Source: Arcobacter sp. 31_11_sub10_T18
Lineage (GTDB): Bacteria > Campylobacterota > Campylobacteria > Campylobacterales > Arcobacteraceae
NCBI GenBank assembly: GCA_002163065.1
Contig: MAAG01000100.1
Span: 1 to 46,650, forward strand
Length of the DNA stretch: 46,650 nucleotides
Reading direction: 5' to 3'
Shown here: piece by piece, positions 18,702-29,336 of the stretch
Numbering within the stretch: position 1 is the first letter of the stretch
How the letters are laid out: every line of letters begins with the position of its first letter
Translations under genes and position numbers: made by a program
Notes under the pieces: model-generated
Database searches by the model: none
Told to the model about the DNA's origin: nothing
Seen by the model: the letters and a program-made list of their open reading frames with translations, nothing else

Positions 18702-20825
18702 TTATACCAATATTTCTCTATTTCCCTTGATATTTGGTGCAGACAAAATACCTGAAGTCTCTAACTGCTCAACAATTGTAGCTGATCTGTTGTATCCAAT
18801 TCTCAATTTTCTTTGCAAATACGAAATTGAACTTTTTTGATCACTTAATACAATATTTTTAGCTTCTTCGAATAATTCATCCAATTCACCTAGCTCTGCA
18901 GAAGAACTTTTATTACTTGAAGCTGAATCGATTTTTTGTTTTAAAAAATTTAAATCATAATCAACATCTCTTTGATCTTTAAGAAAATCAACAACCTTCT
19001 CAATTTCATCTTCGGCACTCCAAGGAGCATGAACTCGAACAAGACCAGACATTCCAGGAGGAGTAAAAAGCATATCTCCACGACCTAGTAAAGATTCAGC
19101 ACCCATAGAATCCAAAATAATCTTACTGTCGACTTTTTGTCCAACTTTATAACTGATTCGACTGGGTAAATTTGCTTTTATTAATCCAGTAACAACATCA
19201 ACTGAAGGTCTTTGTGTTGCCACAATAAGATGTATTCCACTGGCTCTTGCCATTTGTGCAAGTCTGGCAATAGATAATTCAACCTCTTTCCCACTGGTCA
19301 TCATTAAATCTGCCAATTCGTCAATAATTATAACAATATAAGGAAAAGGCTCATAGTCTTCTTTTTTTGATTTTTCATTATAGTTTTCAATATTTTTAGT
19401 TTTTGTTTTACTCATTAAGGTATATCGTCTTTCCATCTCAGCCACCATGTTACTTAAGGCGTTAATCGCTTCAGCAGGTTTAGTGATTACAGGAGTTAGT
19501 AAATGTGGGATATCATTATACATTGAAAATTCAAGCATCTTAGGATCAATCATGACAAGTTTTAGATTATCAGGTGAGTTTTTATAGAGCAAAGACAAAA
19601 TCATTGAATTGATTCCAACAGATTTTCCACTTCCAGTAGTTCCTGCTATTAACAGATGTGGGAGTTTTTTCAAGTCAGTAATAAACGGTTTTCCAACGAT
19701 ATCTTTACCTAAAATCATCGTTAAAGAAGATTTTGAGTTTTGAAATAGTTCACTCTCAAGTAATTCTCTCAGATATATAGTTTGTACGTCTTCATTTGGC
19801 ACTTCAATACCAACAACATCTTTTCCTGGTATTGGGGCTTGTATTCTTATTGTTTGAGCTTTTAAAGCCATTGCTAAGTCATCTTGAAGATTTAATATTT
19901 TTGATACTTTTACATTTGGAGCGGGTTTAAATTCAAAAGTGGTAACAACGGGACCAGAGTAAGTTCTTACCACGTCTCCATCAATTTTAAACATTGCAAG
20001 TTTATCTAATAAATCTTCAATTTTTTTATCAATAAATGATTCATTAATTTTATTCTTTTTTTCTTTAGGTGATTTTTGAAAAAAATCAGATCTTGGAAGT
20101 TGAAAATCTTTAGGTTGTTCAGTGACTCCTACTTCGATCTGGTCAAGTAGTTTTTTGTTTTCTTCAAGTTCATCTACAATTAAAGCGTGGGGATGCTGTT
20201 TACCTGCTTCTTTTTCCTCGCTATTAAGATTCTCTGTAGATTCTACAGGTACCAATTCTTCAATTAAAACTTTATCTTCAGATGCCTCAATGATAATTTC
20301 AGCTGTATCACCCACTTCTTTAACAATAAATTTTTCTTCTTTTCTTTTTTCTCTATTTTTATTGTCAATTCGTTTGTTTTTTTCTTTTTTCTTTTTTGTA
20401 TCACTTTTAAATTTAATGCTACTGATTGAATCTTTAAAATTTAAAATAATACTTTGTTTTTTATTTTCAAATAAAACAATCATCGAAATTAACAAGCCTA
20501 TTATAACCATAACCCATAAGCCAGCATTACCAATATATGGTATTAAATATGAAATAATTTGATTTCCAAAAATTCCAGACATTGTTCCACTGATGATTAA
20601 AGATTGGGCCAGAATTAAAGATACAAATAAAACTAAGAGAGTAGATAACTTTGAATATAACTTCTCTTGATAATTATATATTGTATTAATCTTATAAATT
20701 GGATATAAAAATAATAATAAATAACCATAGGAAATATATCCAAAATAATTATGAGAATACGAAGCAAAAATTGCTCCAATTTTACCAACGGTTTTTTCAT
20801 CACTAATAAACATAGAAAATTCCAA
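18702..20825 (-). CDS. ftsK: DNA translocase FtsK
   Basis: N-terminal TM segments and a K/E-rich linker. Motor domain with Walker A (GTTGSGKS) and Walker B (IIIDELADLM). C-terminal winged-helix gamma domain (ISYLQRKLRIGYNRSATIVEQLE). Confidence 0.92.
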   Translation of the reverse strand: MEFSMFISDEKTVGKIGAIFASYSHNYFGYISYGYLLLFLYPIYKINTIYNYQEKLYSKLSTLLVLFVSLILAQSLIISGTMSGIFGNQIISYLIPYIGNAGLWVMVIIGLLISMIVLFENKKQSIILNFKDSISSIKFKSDTKKKKEKNKRIDNKNREKRKEEKFIVKEVGDTAEIIIEASEDKVLIEELVPVESTENLNSEEKEAGKQHPHALIVDELEENKKLLDQIEVGVTEQPKDFQLPRSDFFQKSPKEKKNKINESFIDKKIEDLLDKLAMFKIDGDVVRTYSGPVVTTFEFKPAPNVKVSKILNLQDDLAMALKAQTIRIQAPIPGKDVVGIEVPNEDVQTIYLRELLESELFQNSKSSLTMILGKDIVGKPFITDLKKLPHLLIAGTTGSGKSVGINSMILSLLYKNSPDNLKLVMIDPKMLEFSMYNDIPHLLTPVITKPAEAINALSNMVAEMERRYTLMSKTKTKNIENYNEKSKKEDYEPFPYIVIIIDELADLMMTSGKEVELSIARLAQMARASGIHLIVATQRPSVDVVTGLIKANLPSRISYKVGQKVDSKIILDSMGAESLLGRGDMLFTPPGMSGLVRVHAPWSAEDEIEKVVDFLKDQRDVDYDLNFLKQKIDSASSNKSSSAELGELDELFEEAKNIVLSDQKSSISYLQRKLRIGYNRSATIVEQLETSGILSAPNIKGNREILV

Positions 20826-20884
20826 GTAGAATATGATAAAAGTAAAAATTAGAGAAAGTATTTTTTTAACTATTGTGAAGCCTT

Positions 20885-21841
20885 TTATTTAAGTAGTTTG
20901 GCAATTTTACCTTGTAGTTTAAGCCAAGGACGATGCTCAAAAAGAGGAAAACCTGCCCATGTTTTTCCACCTTCAGTAATAGATTTTGTAACTCCACCAC
21001 GCGCAGCAATTGTAGTAAATGGAGCGATTTCAAGATGTCCAGCGGTGGCACTTTGACCACCCATGACTACATTTCGACCCAATATACTTGAGCCTGAAAG
21101 CCCAACCTGTGCAGTTATTATTGTATGTTCACCCAGCACACAGTTATGTGCAATTTGTACCTGGTTGTCTAATTTGACACCATTTTTTATAATTGTAGAA
21201 CCAAAGACTGCTCTATCAATAGTAGTATTTGAACCAATTTCAACATTATCTTCTATTAACACATTCCCATTTTGATAAATTTTGACGTGTTCACCTTTTT
21301 TTGTATGAGCAAAACCAAAACCATCACTTCCGATAATAGTTCCTGCATGAATAATGCACGAATTTCCTATTTTACAATCTCTATATACTACAACATTTGG
21401 ATGCACTATAGTATCTGAGCCTATAATGACGTTGTCAGATATATATGAACCTGCCATAATTGTTGAATCTTTACCTATGGTTACATTTTTTCCCAAATAT
21501 ACATTTGGCATAATAACAGTATTTTCACCAATTATTGGATCTTTCCCATATTCTTCAATTAATGAGGGTGCAAAGATTTCACTTGCTAAGGCAAGCTTGA
21601 GATAGGGTTCATCTGTTATTAGAGCAAGAGTACTTTTAGGCACCAAAGATGCAAATTCTTCTTTGATTAAAACAGCTGCAGCTTTGGTACTTTCTAAGTC
21701 TTTTAGATATTTTTTATTATCTAAAAAAGAAATTTCTGATTGATTTGCATCTGCTAGAGTATTTAAACCACTAATATTAACTGTTTTGAGTTGATTAACA
21801 TCACTTAGGCCTAAGTTCTCAACAATATCTTGTAAATTCAA
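20885..21841 (-). CDS. lpxD: UDP-3-O-acylglucosamine N-acyltransferase
   Basis: 318 aa with an LpxD N-terminal domain followed by long left-handed beta-helix hexapeptide repeats (IGxxxxI pattern throughout). Confidence 0.9.
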   Translation of the reverse strand: MNLQDIVENLGLSDVNQLKTVNISGLNTLADANQSEISFLDNKKYLKDLESTKAAAVLIKEEFASLVPKSTLALITDEPYLKLALASEIFAPSLIEEYGKDPIIGENTVIMPNVYLGKNVTIGKDSTIMAGSYISDNVIIGSDTIVHPNVVVYRDCKIGNSCIIHAGTIIGSDGFGFAHTKKGEHVKIYQNGNVLIEDNVEIGSNTTIDRAVFGSTIIKNGVKLDNQVQIAHNCVLGEHTIITAQVGLSGSSILGRNVVMGGQSATAGHLEIAPFTTIAARGGVTKSITEGGKTWAGFPLFEHRPWLKLQGKIAKLLK

Positions 21842-21879
21842 TTAAATTCCTTAATAATACTATTTTATATTTTATGAAA

Positions 21880-22377
21880 CTAACGTTCCATTGCAACTAC
21901 ACCACTTCGAACTATTTCAATGGGTTTATAGTGCTTGATAACTTTAATAAAATTAGCAATTCTACTTGAAGAATCAGTGGCAGCCACAATAATGCATTCT
22001 TCAGTAACATTTTGAATGGAGCCATTATATGCTCGTGCTAAAACATCAATATCACTCAGGTTATTTGCAACAGGCAATTTGATTAAAACCGTATCTTTTT
22101 CAATAACATTTTTATGCTCATTTACTTTCAGTACTGGAATAAGTTTATTTAATTGTTTGACAATCTGATCAATAACTCTTTTATTTCCAGTGGTAACTAC
22201 TGTAATTCTTGAATATTTACTTTCAGGAATGGGTGCAACTGTTAAACTATCAATATTGTATCCTCGAGCTGAAAAAAGACCTGATATTCTTGATAAAACA
22301 CTATTTTCATTGATAACGACCACAGAGATAACTCTTCTTATTACTTCACTATCATAATAATTACTACTATCACCCAT
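21880..22377 (-). CDS. ilvN: Acetolactate synthase small (regulatory) subunit
   Basis: ACT-domain start (VINENSVLSRISGLFSARGYNIDSLTV). The start overlaps the large-subunit stop by 1 nt. Confidence 0.88.
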   Translation of the reverse strand: MGDSSNYYDSEVIRRVISVVVINENSVLSRISGLFSARGYNIDSLTVAPIPESKYSRITVVTTGNKRVIDQIVKQLNKLIPVLKVNEHKNVIEKDTVLIKLPVANNLSDIDVLARAYNGSIQNVTEECIIVAATDSSSRIANFIKVIKHYKPIEIVRSGVVAMER

Positions 22378-24065
22378 TATTCATCTCCTATAAGTGTCAT
22401 TTCATTTAATGCATGACCATTTGGTACCATTGGAAGTACATCTTCATCTCTATCAATCATTACTTCTAACATACAAACTTTTTTACTCGCCACAGCATCT
22501 TTAACTGCCGCATCAAATTCTTCTTTTGTATGTATTTTATACCCTTTACCACCAAAAGCTTCAACAAGTTTAGTAAAGTCTGGTTGCATAGATAAGTCTG
22601 TTTCAGATAATCTATTTTCATAAAATAGAGTTTGCCATTGTCTTACCATTCCTAAATAATTATTATTTAAAATAATATTTATTACAGGTAAACCATATTC
22701 TGTACAAGTTAAAAGCTCTTGAATATTCATTAATATTGAACCATCACCAGTAAAGTTAACAGAAACTTTGTCAGGGTTACCACGTGCAACTCCTAGAGCA
22801 GAAGGAAGTCCAAAGCCCATTGTTCCTAATCCACCACTAGTAATAAACTGTCTTGGAAAAGAAAATGGAAAGAATTGAGCAGTCCACATTTGATGTTGTC
22901 CAACATCAGTTGATACGATTGCTTTTGAACCTAGAAGTTCACCTGTTCTTTGCACTACCCATTGAGGTTTTAGAACTTTTTGACCTTCTTCAAATCTTAA
23001 AGGCTCTTTTTTTCTATATGCAGTAAGTCTTTCAACCCAATGACTATAATCGTTAAAAGTAAAATCAGAAGAAACTTCAAGAAAATCTTCTAAAACACTG
23101 AATAAGTCACCTACAATTGGATAATCTGCCTGTACCAATTTATCAATAGATGCAGGATCAATATCAATATGTACAACTTTTGCATTACTGGCAAACACGT
23201 CTAATCTTCCTGTTACTCTATCATCAAATCGAGCTCCCAGTGAAATTAAAATATCAGCTTCATGTACTGCCATATTTGCAGCATATTCACCGTGCATACC
23301 CAACATTCCAAATAAATATGGACTATCAAATTCTAATGAACCTCTGGCCATCAGTGTTTCAACTACAGGAATTCCTGTTTTTTCAACGAACTCACGAATA
23401 AGATGTGTAGAGTTTGCAAGAATTGCACCACCACCAATATAAATAACTGGTTTTTTAGCACTTGAAATTGCCTCAATAGCTCGTTTAACTTGCTTTTTAT
23501 TACCCTTAACTGTTGGTTTATATGTTGGAATATAAACTTCGCTTGGATATTCAAAGTCTGCTTCGTGAATTGTAATATCTTTTGGAATATCAATATGAAC
23601 TGGACCTGGTCTACCTGTACTTGCAATGTGAAATGCTTCTTTCATAATTCTTGGCAAGTCTTTAATATCTTGAATTAAGAAATTATGTTTGGTACATGGT
23701 CTACTAATCCCAACTGCATCAATTTCTTGAAATCCATCTGTACCAATAATCATAGTAGGAACTTGTCCACTAATAACAACAATTGGTATTGAGTCTGTAA
23801 ATGCCGTTGCCAATCCAGTAACTGCGTTTGTAAATCCTGGACCACTTGTCACAATTGCAACACCAACTTTACCCGTTGATCGAGCATAACCATCCGCTGC
23901 ATGTACAGATGCCTGTTCATGTCTATTTAAAATATGTTGAAAACTTTTTTGTTTATAAATTTCATCATAGACATTCATAATAGCGCCACCTGGGTATCCA
24001 AATACCACTTCGGTTTGTTCTTTTATAAGACATTCTACAACCATTCTCGCGCCAGTCATTTTCAT
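22377..24065 (-). CDS. ilvB: Acetolactate synthase large subunit (biosynthetic type)
   Basis: ThDP-enzyme architecture, 562 aa (GYPGGAIMNVYDE, TSGPGFTNAVTG, GLGTMGFGLPSALG, GDGSILMNIQEL). Confidence 0.93.
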   Translation of the reverse strand: MKMTGARMVVECLIKEQTEVVFGYPGGAIMNVYDEIYKQKSFQHILNRHEQASVHAADGYARSTGKVGVAIVTSGPGFTNAVTGLATAFTDSIPIVVISGQVPTMIIGTDGFQEIDAVGISRPCTKHNFLIQDIKDLPRIMKEAFHIASTGRPGPVHIDIPKDITIHEADFEYPSEVYIPTYKPTVKGNKKQVKRAIEAISSAKKPVIYIGGGAILANSTHLIREFVEKTGIPVVETLMARGSLEFDSPYLFGMLGMHGEYAANMAVHEADILISLGARFDDRVTGRLDVFASNAKVVHIDIDPASIDKLVQADYPIVGDLFSVLEDFLEVSSDFTFNDYSHWVERLTAYRKKEPLRFEEGQKVLKPQWVVQRTGELLGSKAIVSTDVGQHQMWTAQFFPFSFPRQFITSGGLGTMGFGLPSALGVARGNPDKVSVNFTGDGSILMNIQELLTCTEYGLPVINIILNNNYLGMVRQWQTLFYENRLSETDLSMQPDFTKLVEAFGGKGYKIHTKEEFDAAVKDAVASKKVCMLEVMIDRDEDVLPMVPNGHALNEMTLIGDE

Positions 24066-24210
24066 TTGATAACTCCCTAATAAAATAATTGGCTATTTTA
24101 CTTAACTTTGTATTAATAAAACGTTAACAAAGAACTAAAATACAGCTTTTAGGTTGCTTTTATATTTAATGTTCTATAATAGTTATACAGAATGTTCTAA
24201 AGGGTTTATT

Positions 24211-25011
24211 ATGGAAATTAATAACATAAATTCAAATATTAACAATGTAAATCAATCACAAAATAGTAGCTTAGAAAGAATTTCTACAGGTTTAAAAATC
24301 AATCAAGCTGCTGATGATGCAGCCAGTTTATCCATAAGCGATTCACTTCGATTGCAAAGAAGTGATTTATCTCAATCTCTTCAAAACTTAAACCAAGGTA
24401 TTGCTTTAACTCGTATTGCTTCAGATGGATTAGATAATCAACAAGAAATTTTAGGTGACATTAGACAAAAATTACTTCAAGCAAATACAGATACTACCTC
24501 AGTTGATGGTAAAGAAGCCATTAAACAAGAAGTACTTAAATTAACGGAACAATTTCAAAATATTGCACAAACAACTACATTTGCAGATCAAAAACTAATT
24601 ACTCCAGAAGCAACCAGCACAACACTTGATATTTCAACTGCTGATGAAACCTTCAGCCTTGACATACCAAATACAGGACAAATTGCAAATGAATTAACCA
24701 CATTAATTGGCGCAACAGATTTTGGAACAGGTGATATTGCTGCCATTATTGATAGGATAGATGTGGCAAGTAATCAAGTAAGTAGTGCGCAATCTGATTT
24801 TGGATCAACTGAAAATCAATTAGCCTCAAGTGCAAGAAATTCAATTACAGCAGAAGTAAATATTGCCAAAGCAAACTCATCTCTAACTGATATTGATTTT
24901 GGAAAAGAACTTACTGATTTTTCTAAAGCAAATATATTGACTCAAATTGGTTACTTGGTTTCAACTCAAGCAAATGCTGTGCAAGAACAAAATGTTAAGT
25001 TATTGGCTTAG
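24211..25011 (+). CDS. Short flagellin-family protein (D0/D1 only)
   Basis: Flagellin N-domain (LERISTGLKINQAADDAASLSISDSL) and C-domain (DIDFGKELTDFSKANILTQIGYLVSTQANAVQEQNVKLLA). I moved the start to the Met with the AAGGG RBS at 24211, because the ORF-track start at 24154 has no RBS. Confidence 0.75.
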   Translation: MEINNINSNINNVNQSQNSSLERISTGLKINQAADDAASLSISDSLRLQRSDLSQSLQNLNQGIALTRIASDGLDNQQEILGDIRQKLLQANTDTTSVDGKEAIKQEVLKLTEQFQNIAQTTTFADQKLITPEATSTTLDISTADETFSLDIPNTGQIANELTTLIGATDFGTGDIAAIIDRIDVASNQVSSAQSDFGSTENQLASSARNSITAEVNIAKANSSLTDIDFGKELTDFSKANILTQIGYLVSTQANAVQEQNVKLLA

Positions 25012-25923
25012 TTGATCTTTTTCTAAGGCAAAATTTATAGCAACACCCTCTTTTAAACCATCATCAAAAACGGTGGATTCCGTTTTGTTTAGAATTTCAA
25101 AAAAACTTTTATAAATTAATATACCAACTTTAATAAAGTCTTTACTATTAGGACCAAATATTTTGTTTAATTCAAAATCAGATTTGTTTTTTAATAGAGA
25201 TAAACAAGTATTAATATCTGATAGATTAATTACTGTCCCATTAACAATCTCTTTATTATAATCCAAAAAGTTTTGCCCATGTTTAACAGCTGCAATTGTT
25301 GTTGGAGTCCCTGCTGTTGCAATAAACTCAAAATTACTCAACTCTATGTTAAGATCATTTAAATAACTTAAAATCTTTTTTGTTTGTTTGCTTAACTCTG
25401 AGATTAATATTGAATCATTTTGGAATTTTTGAGTCATAGTAACAATCCCAAAATCAAAACTTTTAACTATATATTGATTATTACTATGAATAGTTAATTC
25501 TACTGAGCCACCACCAATATCAAGTAAAACAAATTTTTCAGACTGCAATTTTTGTCGTTTTAATGCATGTTTAATAGCAAGAAGGGTCAACCTAGCCTCT
25601 TCTTCTCCATCGATTATGTTTAATTTAACACCTGTTGAAGTAAATACTTTTTTAAAAACTTCGTCAGAATTTTTTGCCATTCTCATTGCAGCAGTAGTAA
25701 CACAAATACTGTTTCTTGGGTTGTAATCCAATTCACTTGAAGATTTATTAATTGCACCAATTACACGATGTATAGCTTCATTTGAGATAAGTCCTGTATT
25801 GATTAAATCATCGGCTGTGCCAACTATTTCATTATATTCTTTTAAAACAACATGCTTTTTGTAGTTATAAACTAAAACTCGAAAGGAATTTGATCCAAGA
25901 TCAATGGTTGTAACTATAGACAT
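25000..25923 (-). CDS. Ppx/GppA-family phosphatase
   Basis: ASKHA-fold N-terminus (TIDLGSNSFRVLVY, DIGGGSVEL). I set the start at MSIVTT (25923), 1 nt after the upstream stop. The 3' end overlaps the convergent flagellin gene by 12 nt. Confidence 0.8.
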   Translation of the reverse strand: MSIVTTIDLGSNSFRVLVYNYKKHVVLKEYNEIVGTADDLINTGLISNEAIHRVIGAINKSSSELDYNPRNSICVTTAAMRMAKNSDEVFKKVFTSTGVKLNIIDGEEEARLTLLAIKHALKRQKLQSEKFVLLDIGGGSVELTIHSNNQYIVKSFDFGIVTMTQKFQNDSILISELSKQTKKILSYLNDLNIELSNFEFIATAGTPTTIAAVKHGQNFLDYNKEIVNGTVINLSDINTCLSLLKNKSDFELNKIFGPNSKDFIKVGILIYKSFFEILNKTESTVFDDGLKEGVAINFALEKDQLSQ

Positions 25924-25924
25924 T

Positions 25925-26482
25925 TTATGGATGAGGAATTTTAATTTTTGAATTAAGTAAAAATCCAATAATTATGGTTAGTACTAAAACAACAGTTGAG
26001 GAAAGGATACCTGTTAGCCAAACCAAATACACTAGCCACAATAAAATTGCTCCTAAGGGTGTTGGAACTCCTGTAAAATGTTTTGCAACTTCTCCTGCAT
26101 CAGAATTAATATTAAATTGTATTAATCTTCGCAGAGCTGAAATAACATAATAGATAAATGCAAAAGCAGTTAAGAAAATACTAACTTCTCCTTGAATAGG
26201 ATCAATCACCGCAAAATAAATAAACATACATGGAACGATTACAAAAGATAGAAAATCTGCAAAAGAGTCAAGTTGAACACCAAACTCAGTTGATAGACTA
26301 TATTTCCTTGCAATTTTACCATCAATAATATCACAAGCACCACCAATCCATGCAAACAAAGCAGCAATAAAAAAACTTGTGTGAGTTAAAAAATAAATAG
26401 CTAAAACTCCACAGGCTATGTTTGCAAAAGTTACTAAATTTGCTAAGTTAAAGTGATTGTCTTTCTCATATAAAAAATTCAT
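25925..26482 (-). CDS. pssA: CDP-alcohol phosphatidyltransferase (phosphatidylserine-synthase-like)
   Basis: Signature D-x2-DG-x2-AR-x8-G-x3-D-x3-D (CDIIDGKIARKYSLSTEFGVQLDSFADFLSF). Multi-TM protein. Confidence 0.78.
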   Translation of the reverse strand: MNFLYEKDNHFNLANLVTFANIACGVLAIYFLTHTSFFIAALFAWIGGACDIIDGKIARKYSLSTEFGVQLDSFADFLSFVIVPCMFIYFAVIDPIQGEVSIFLTAFAFIYYVISALRRLIQFNINSDAGEVAKHFTGVPTPLGAILLWLVYLVWLTGILSSTVVLVLTIIIGFLLNSKIKIPHP

Positions 26483-26490
26483 TTGTTTCC

Positions 26491-27606
26491 TTAAAGTGTA
26501 TATTTGTTTCTACCTGAGTGTTTGGATTTGTATAAATTCTCATCAGCAATTTTATAAAGTTTATTTGCTGATACATAACTATTGGGTAAATAAATGATTG
26601 CCCCAATAGATATAGTTACAACATTTAATGCTTCACTGGTTTTATGTTCAATTTGTAAATCAACTATTTTGTTATTGATATCTTGCAAGCAATGCTCTAG
26701 TATTTCTTTATTTGTATCAAATAAAAGAACACCAAACTCCTCGCCTCCAAGTCTAAAAACGTATTCATACTCTTTGTTGAAATATTTCTTTAATACATCT
26801 GCAACTGCAATTAGGGTTTTATCACCCATATCATGTCCATATGTATCATTATATTGTTTAAAAAAATCAATATCAAACATAATAAATGCACATTGCCATT
26901 TATTTGCATTGGAAATAAATGGCAGGTTATCAAATAAGTTATCAAAGTATGTTCGATTGTATAGTTTAGTCATTCCATCTGTAATAGAGTCAATTTTATA
27001 TTGTTTATTCAAGATTGTGAGTTGATTGTCTTTTTTGAATATTTGAAGAAAGATGTATAAAATAATGGCAAAAGAAAAAACAATGATTGCTATCATGTTA
27101 TACAACAAGTAGTTTTTCATTTGCGTGTATTTATGGAGGAACTTTTTTCTTTGTTTCTCAGCTTCATCTGTTTCATAAGTTATTAAAAAATCAACTTTAC
27201 TAATTGCGGCATAAAGATTTTTTAATCTTTTTACCTCTAGTGATTTATTAATCTCATCATTAATGGAATCAACAACCATACGTTCTGTCTCTGTTTTATA
27301 ACCTGTGTTATAATACTTCCAATTTTTAATTATTGCTTTTTCATGAGTTTTAATGGAACAGTTAAATTCACGTTTTTTTATGCAAAAAATAAGATCTCGA
27401 TAGTTATTTACAACATTTTGTAATTTAAGCATTGGAATAAAATTACCAAAATATATATTATCTATTTGTACTTTTAATTTATCAATTTGTGAATTAAAAA
27501 TAAAACTCGCGCTAATAAGAGTCGTAAAAATAACAACTAAAAGTACAATAAGTTTAAAACCAATAGAATTGACAAAGCCTTTTTTCATGTCTAGGATTAT
27601 AGCCAA
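26491..27606 (-). CDS. Membrane-anchored diguanylate cyclase (GGDEF)
   Basis: Two TM segments flank a ~150-aa extracytoplasmic region. The GGDEF domain is intact (DGMTKLYNRTYF, FDIDFFKQYNDTYGHDMGD, RLGGEEFGVLL, YKSKHSGRNKY). Confidence 0.85.
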   Translation of the reverse strand: MAIILDMKKGFVNSIGFKLIVLLVVIFTTLISASFIFNSQIDKLKVQIDNIYFGNFIPMLKLQNVVNNYRDLIFCIKKREFNCSIKTHEKAIIKNWKYYNTGYKTETERMVVDSINDEINKSLEVKRLKNLYAAISKVDFLITYETDEAEKQRKKFLHKYTQMKNYLLYNMIAIIVFSFAIILYIFLQIFKKDNQLTILNKQYKIDSITDGMTKLYNRTYFDNLFDNLPFISNANKWQCAFIMFDIDFFKQYNDTYGHDMGDKTLIAVADVLKKYFNKEYEYVFRLGGEEFGVLLFDTNKEILEHCLQDINNKIVDLQIEHKTSEALNVVTISIGAIIYLPNSYVSANKLYKIADENLYKSKHSGRNKYTL

Positions 27607-27713
27607 AAATTATTAAAATTACTTTTCCCATGAGTTGATTTAAAGTACCTATATAACTTAAACTTTTATTAAATTGACTTTAGCTATAATCGCGTTTTAA
27701 TAAAAGGATAAAA

Positions 27714-29258
27714 TTGTTAGATATCAAAAATACTTTAATTGGATCATCTGCTAAAAATGACATACTCTCAGGTATTGTAGTAGCTGTTGCCTTGGTTCCA
27801 GAAGCAGTTGCTTTCTCTATAATTGCGGGTGTTTCTCCACTTGTTGGTTTATATACTGCATTTATAATTGGATTAATTACTGCAATCATTGGTGGAAAAG
27901 CCGGAATGATTAGTGGAGCAACAGGCGCTATTGCAGTTGTACTAGTTGGCTTAGGAATAAAAGTCAAAGAATCGTTGAGTGTTTCGGAACTTCAAGTTTT
28001 AACTATTAATGGAGAGCTAGGTTCTTACATTTTGCAGTATATTTTACTGGCAACAATTATTGCTGGAACTTTACAGATAATCATCGGTGCATTCAAACTG
28101 GGAAAACTAATTCGTTTGGTTCCCCAACCTGCAATGTACGGGTTTGTAAATGGTCTAGCCATTGTTATTGCTTTGGCTCAAGTGCCTTTGTTTAAGGACG
28201 AAGGGTTAATTATGTACGCTTTGGTTGCTGCAACTATGATTATAGTACAGTTTTTTCCAAAAATTTCTAAAGCAATTCCTGCGGGTCTTGTTGCAATTGT
28301 GGCTGTTTCTTGTGTTGTTATTTTTGCAGATCTTGATACAAAAAGAGTTGGAGATTTGGCAGATATTTCTGGTAGTTTACCTTCTTTCGCGCTACCAACT
28401 TTACATGTTAATTTTGATTCCATTATGATGGTTTTACCTTACGCTGTGTTAGTTGCATTGGTTGGATTAATTGAATCATTATTAACTTTGTCAGTTCTTG
28501 ATGAAATGGGTGGTAAAAGAGGTAGTGGAAACCAAGAGTGTGTTGCACAAGGGATTGGTAATGTTACTTGTGGTTTTTTTGGTGGAATGGCAGGTTGTGC
28601 GATGATTGGACAATCTATTATCAACTTTAGCAATGGTGGTTGGGGACGATTATCAGCCATTACTGCTGCAACCCTTTTAATTACTTTTGTGGTTGCTTTG
28701 AGTGACTACATTTCTCTTATTCCTGTAGCTGTTCTTGTGGGTATCATGTTTATGGTTTCCATAGGAACATTTGAATGGGAAAGTGCACATCGATTTAAAC
28801 ATATGCCAAATAGTGATAAGTTCGTTTTAGTTGCTGTTACAATTATTACAATATTTGCAGACCTTGCAATTGCAGTTATCACAGGAATTATTATTTCCGC
28901 ACTTGTTTTTGCATGGAATCATTCAAAGGTTAGATCTAGAGTATATAAAGACGGTGATGATACAAAAGTTTATGAATTTGACGGACCTTTATTTTTTGGC
29001 TCAACCACATCTTTTTTTGAACTATTTGATTTAAAACATGATCCAAAAATTGTTATTTTAGACTTTAAAGACTCGCGAGTTATGGATATATCTGGCGTTG
29101 AAGCCATAGATACTATTACAAAAAAGTATAAAGAAGCGGGAAAAGAACTTTCAATTAGACACCTAAGTGAAGATTGTAAAAAGATTCTTAAAAATGCTGG
29201 ACCTTTTTGTGAATATAATGAAAATGATCCAAACTATAAAGTTGCAATAAACTACTAA
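27714..29258 (+). CDS. SulP-family anion permease with a C-terminal STAS domain
   Basis: Multi-TM SulP core (GIVVAVALVPEAVAFSIIAG) and a STAS tail (VYEFDGPLFFGSTTSF ... VMDISGVEAID). TTG start with an AAAGGA RBS. Confidence 0.9.
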   Translation: MLDIKNTLIGSSAKNDILSGIVVAVALVPEAVAFSIIAGVSPLVGLYTAFIIGLITAIIGGKAGMISGATGAIAVVLVGLGIKVKESLSVSELQVLTINGELGSYILQYILLATIIAGTLQIIIGAFKLGKLIRLVPQPAMYGFVNGLAIVIALAQVPLFKDEGLIMYALVAATMIIVQFFPKISKAIPAGLVAIVAVSCVVIFADLDTKRVGDLADISGSLPSFALPTLHVNFDSIMMVLPYAVLVALVGLIESLLTLSVLDEMGGKRGSGNQECVAQGIGNVTCGFFGGMAGCAMIGQSIINFSNGGWGRLSAITAATLLITFVVALSDYISLIPVAVLVGIMFMVSIGTFEWESAHRFKHMPNSDKFVLVAVTIITIFADLAIAVITGIIISALVFAWNHSKVRSRVYKDGDDTKVYEFDGPLFFGSTTSFFELFDLKHDPKIVILDFKDSRVMDISGVEAIDTITKKYKEAGKELSIRHLSEDCKKILKNAGPFCEYNENDPNYKVAINY

Positions 29259-29261
29259 CTA

Positions 29262-29286
29262 TTGATACAGGCTTTGCCTGTATCAA
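29262..29286. terminator. Hairpin between convergent genes (probable bidirectional terminator)
   Basis: 11-bp stem TTGATACAGGC/GCCTGTATCAA with loop TTT, lying between the SulP stop (29258) and the PagL-like stop (29337). There is no strong U-tract on either side. Confidence 0.5.
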
Positions 29287-29336
29287 ATATATAATCCCAA
29301 TACTTCAATCTCTTACTATATAATTCTAATTTATAC

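Noticed and set aside
24066-24210. A sigma-54 or sigma-28 promoter for the short flagellin gene.
   Set aside because: No GG-N10-GC element is correctly spaced. TTGCTT is present, but there is no GG 10 nt upstream of its GC. No CGAT-type -10 element is present either. Only a generic TATAAT is visible.
25000-25011. The 12-nt convergent overlap of the flagellin and ppx 3' ends as a regulatory antisense arrangement.
   Set aside because: Short convergent stop-codon overlaps are common in compact genomes, and nothing else in the sequence points to a specific mechanism.
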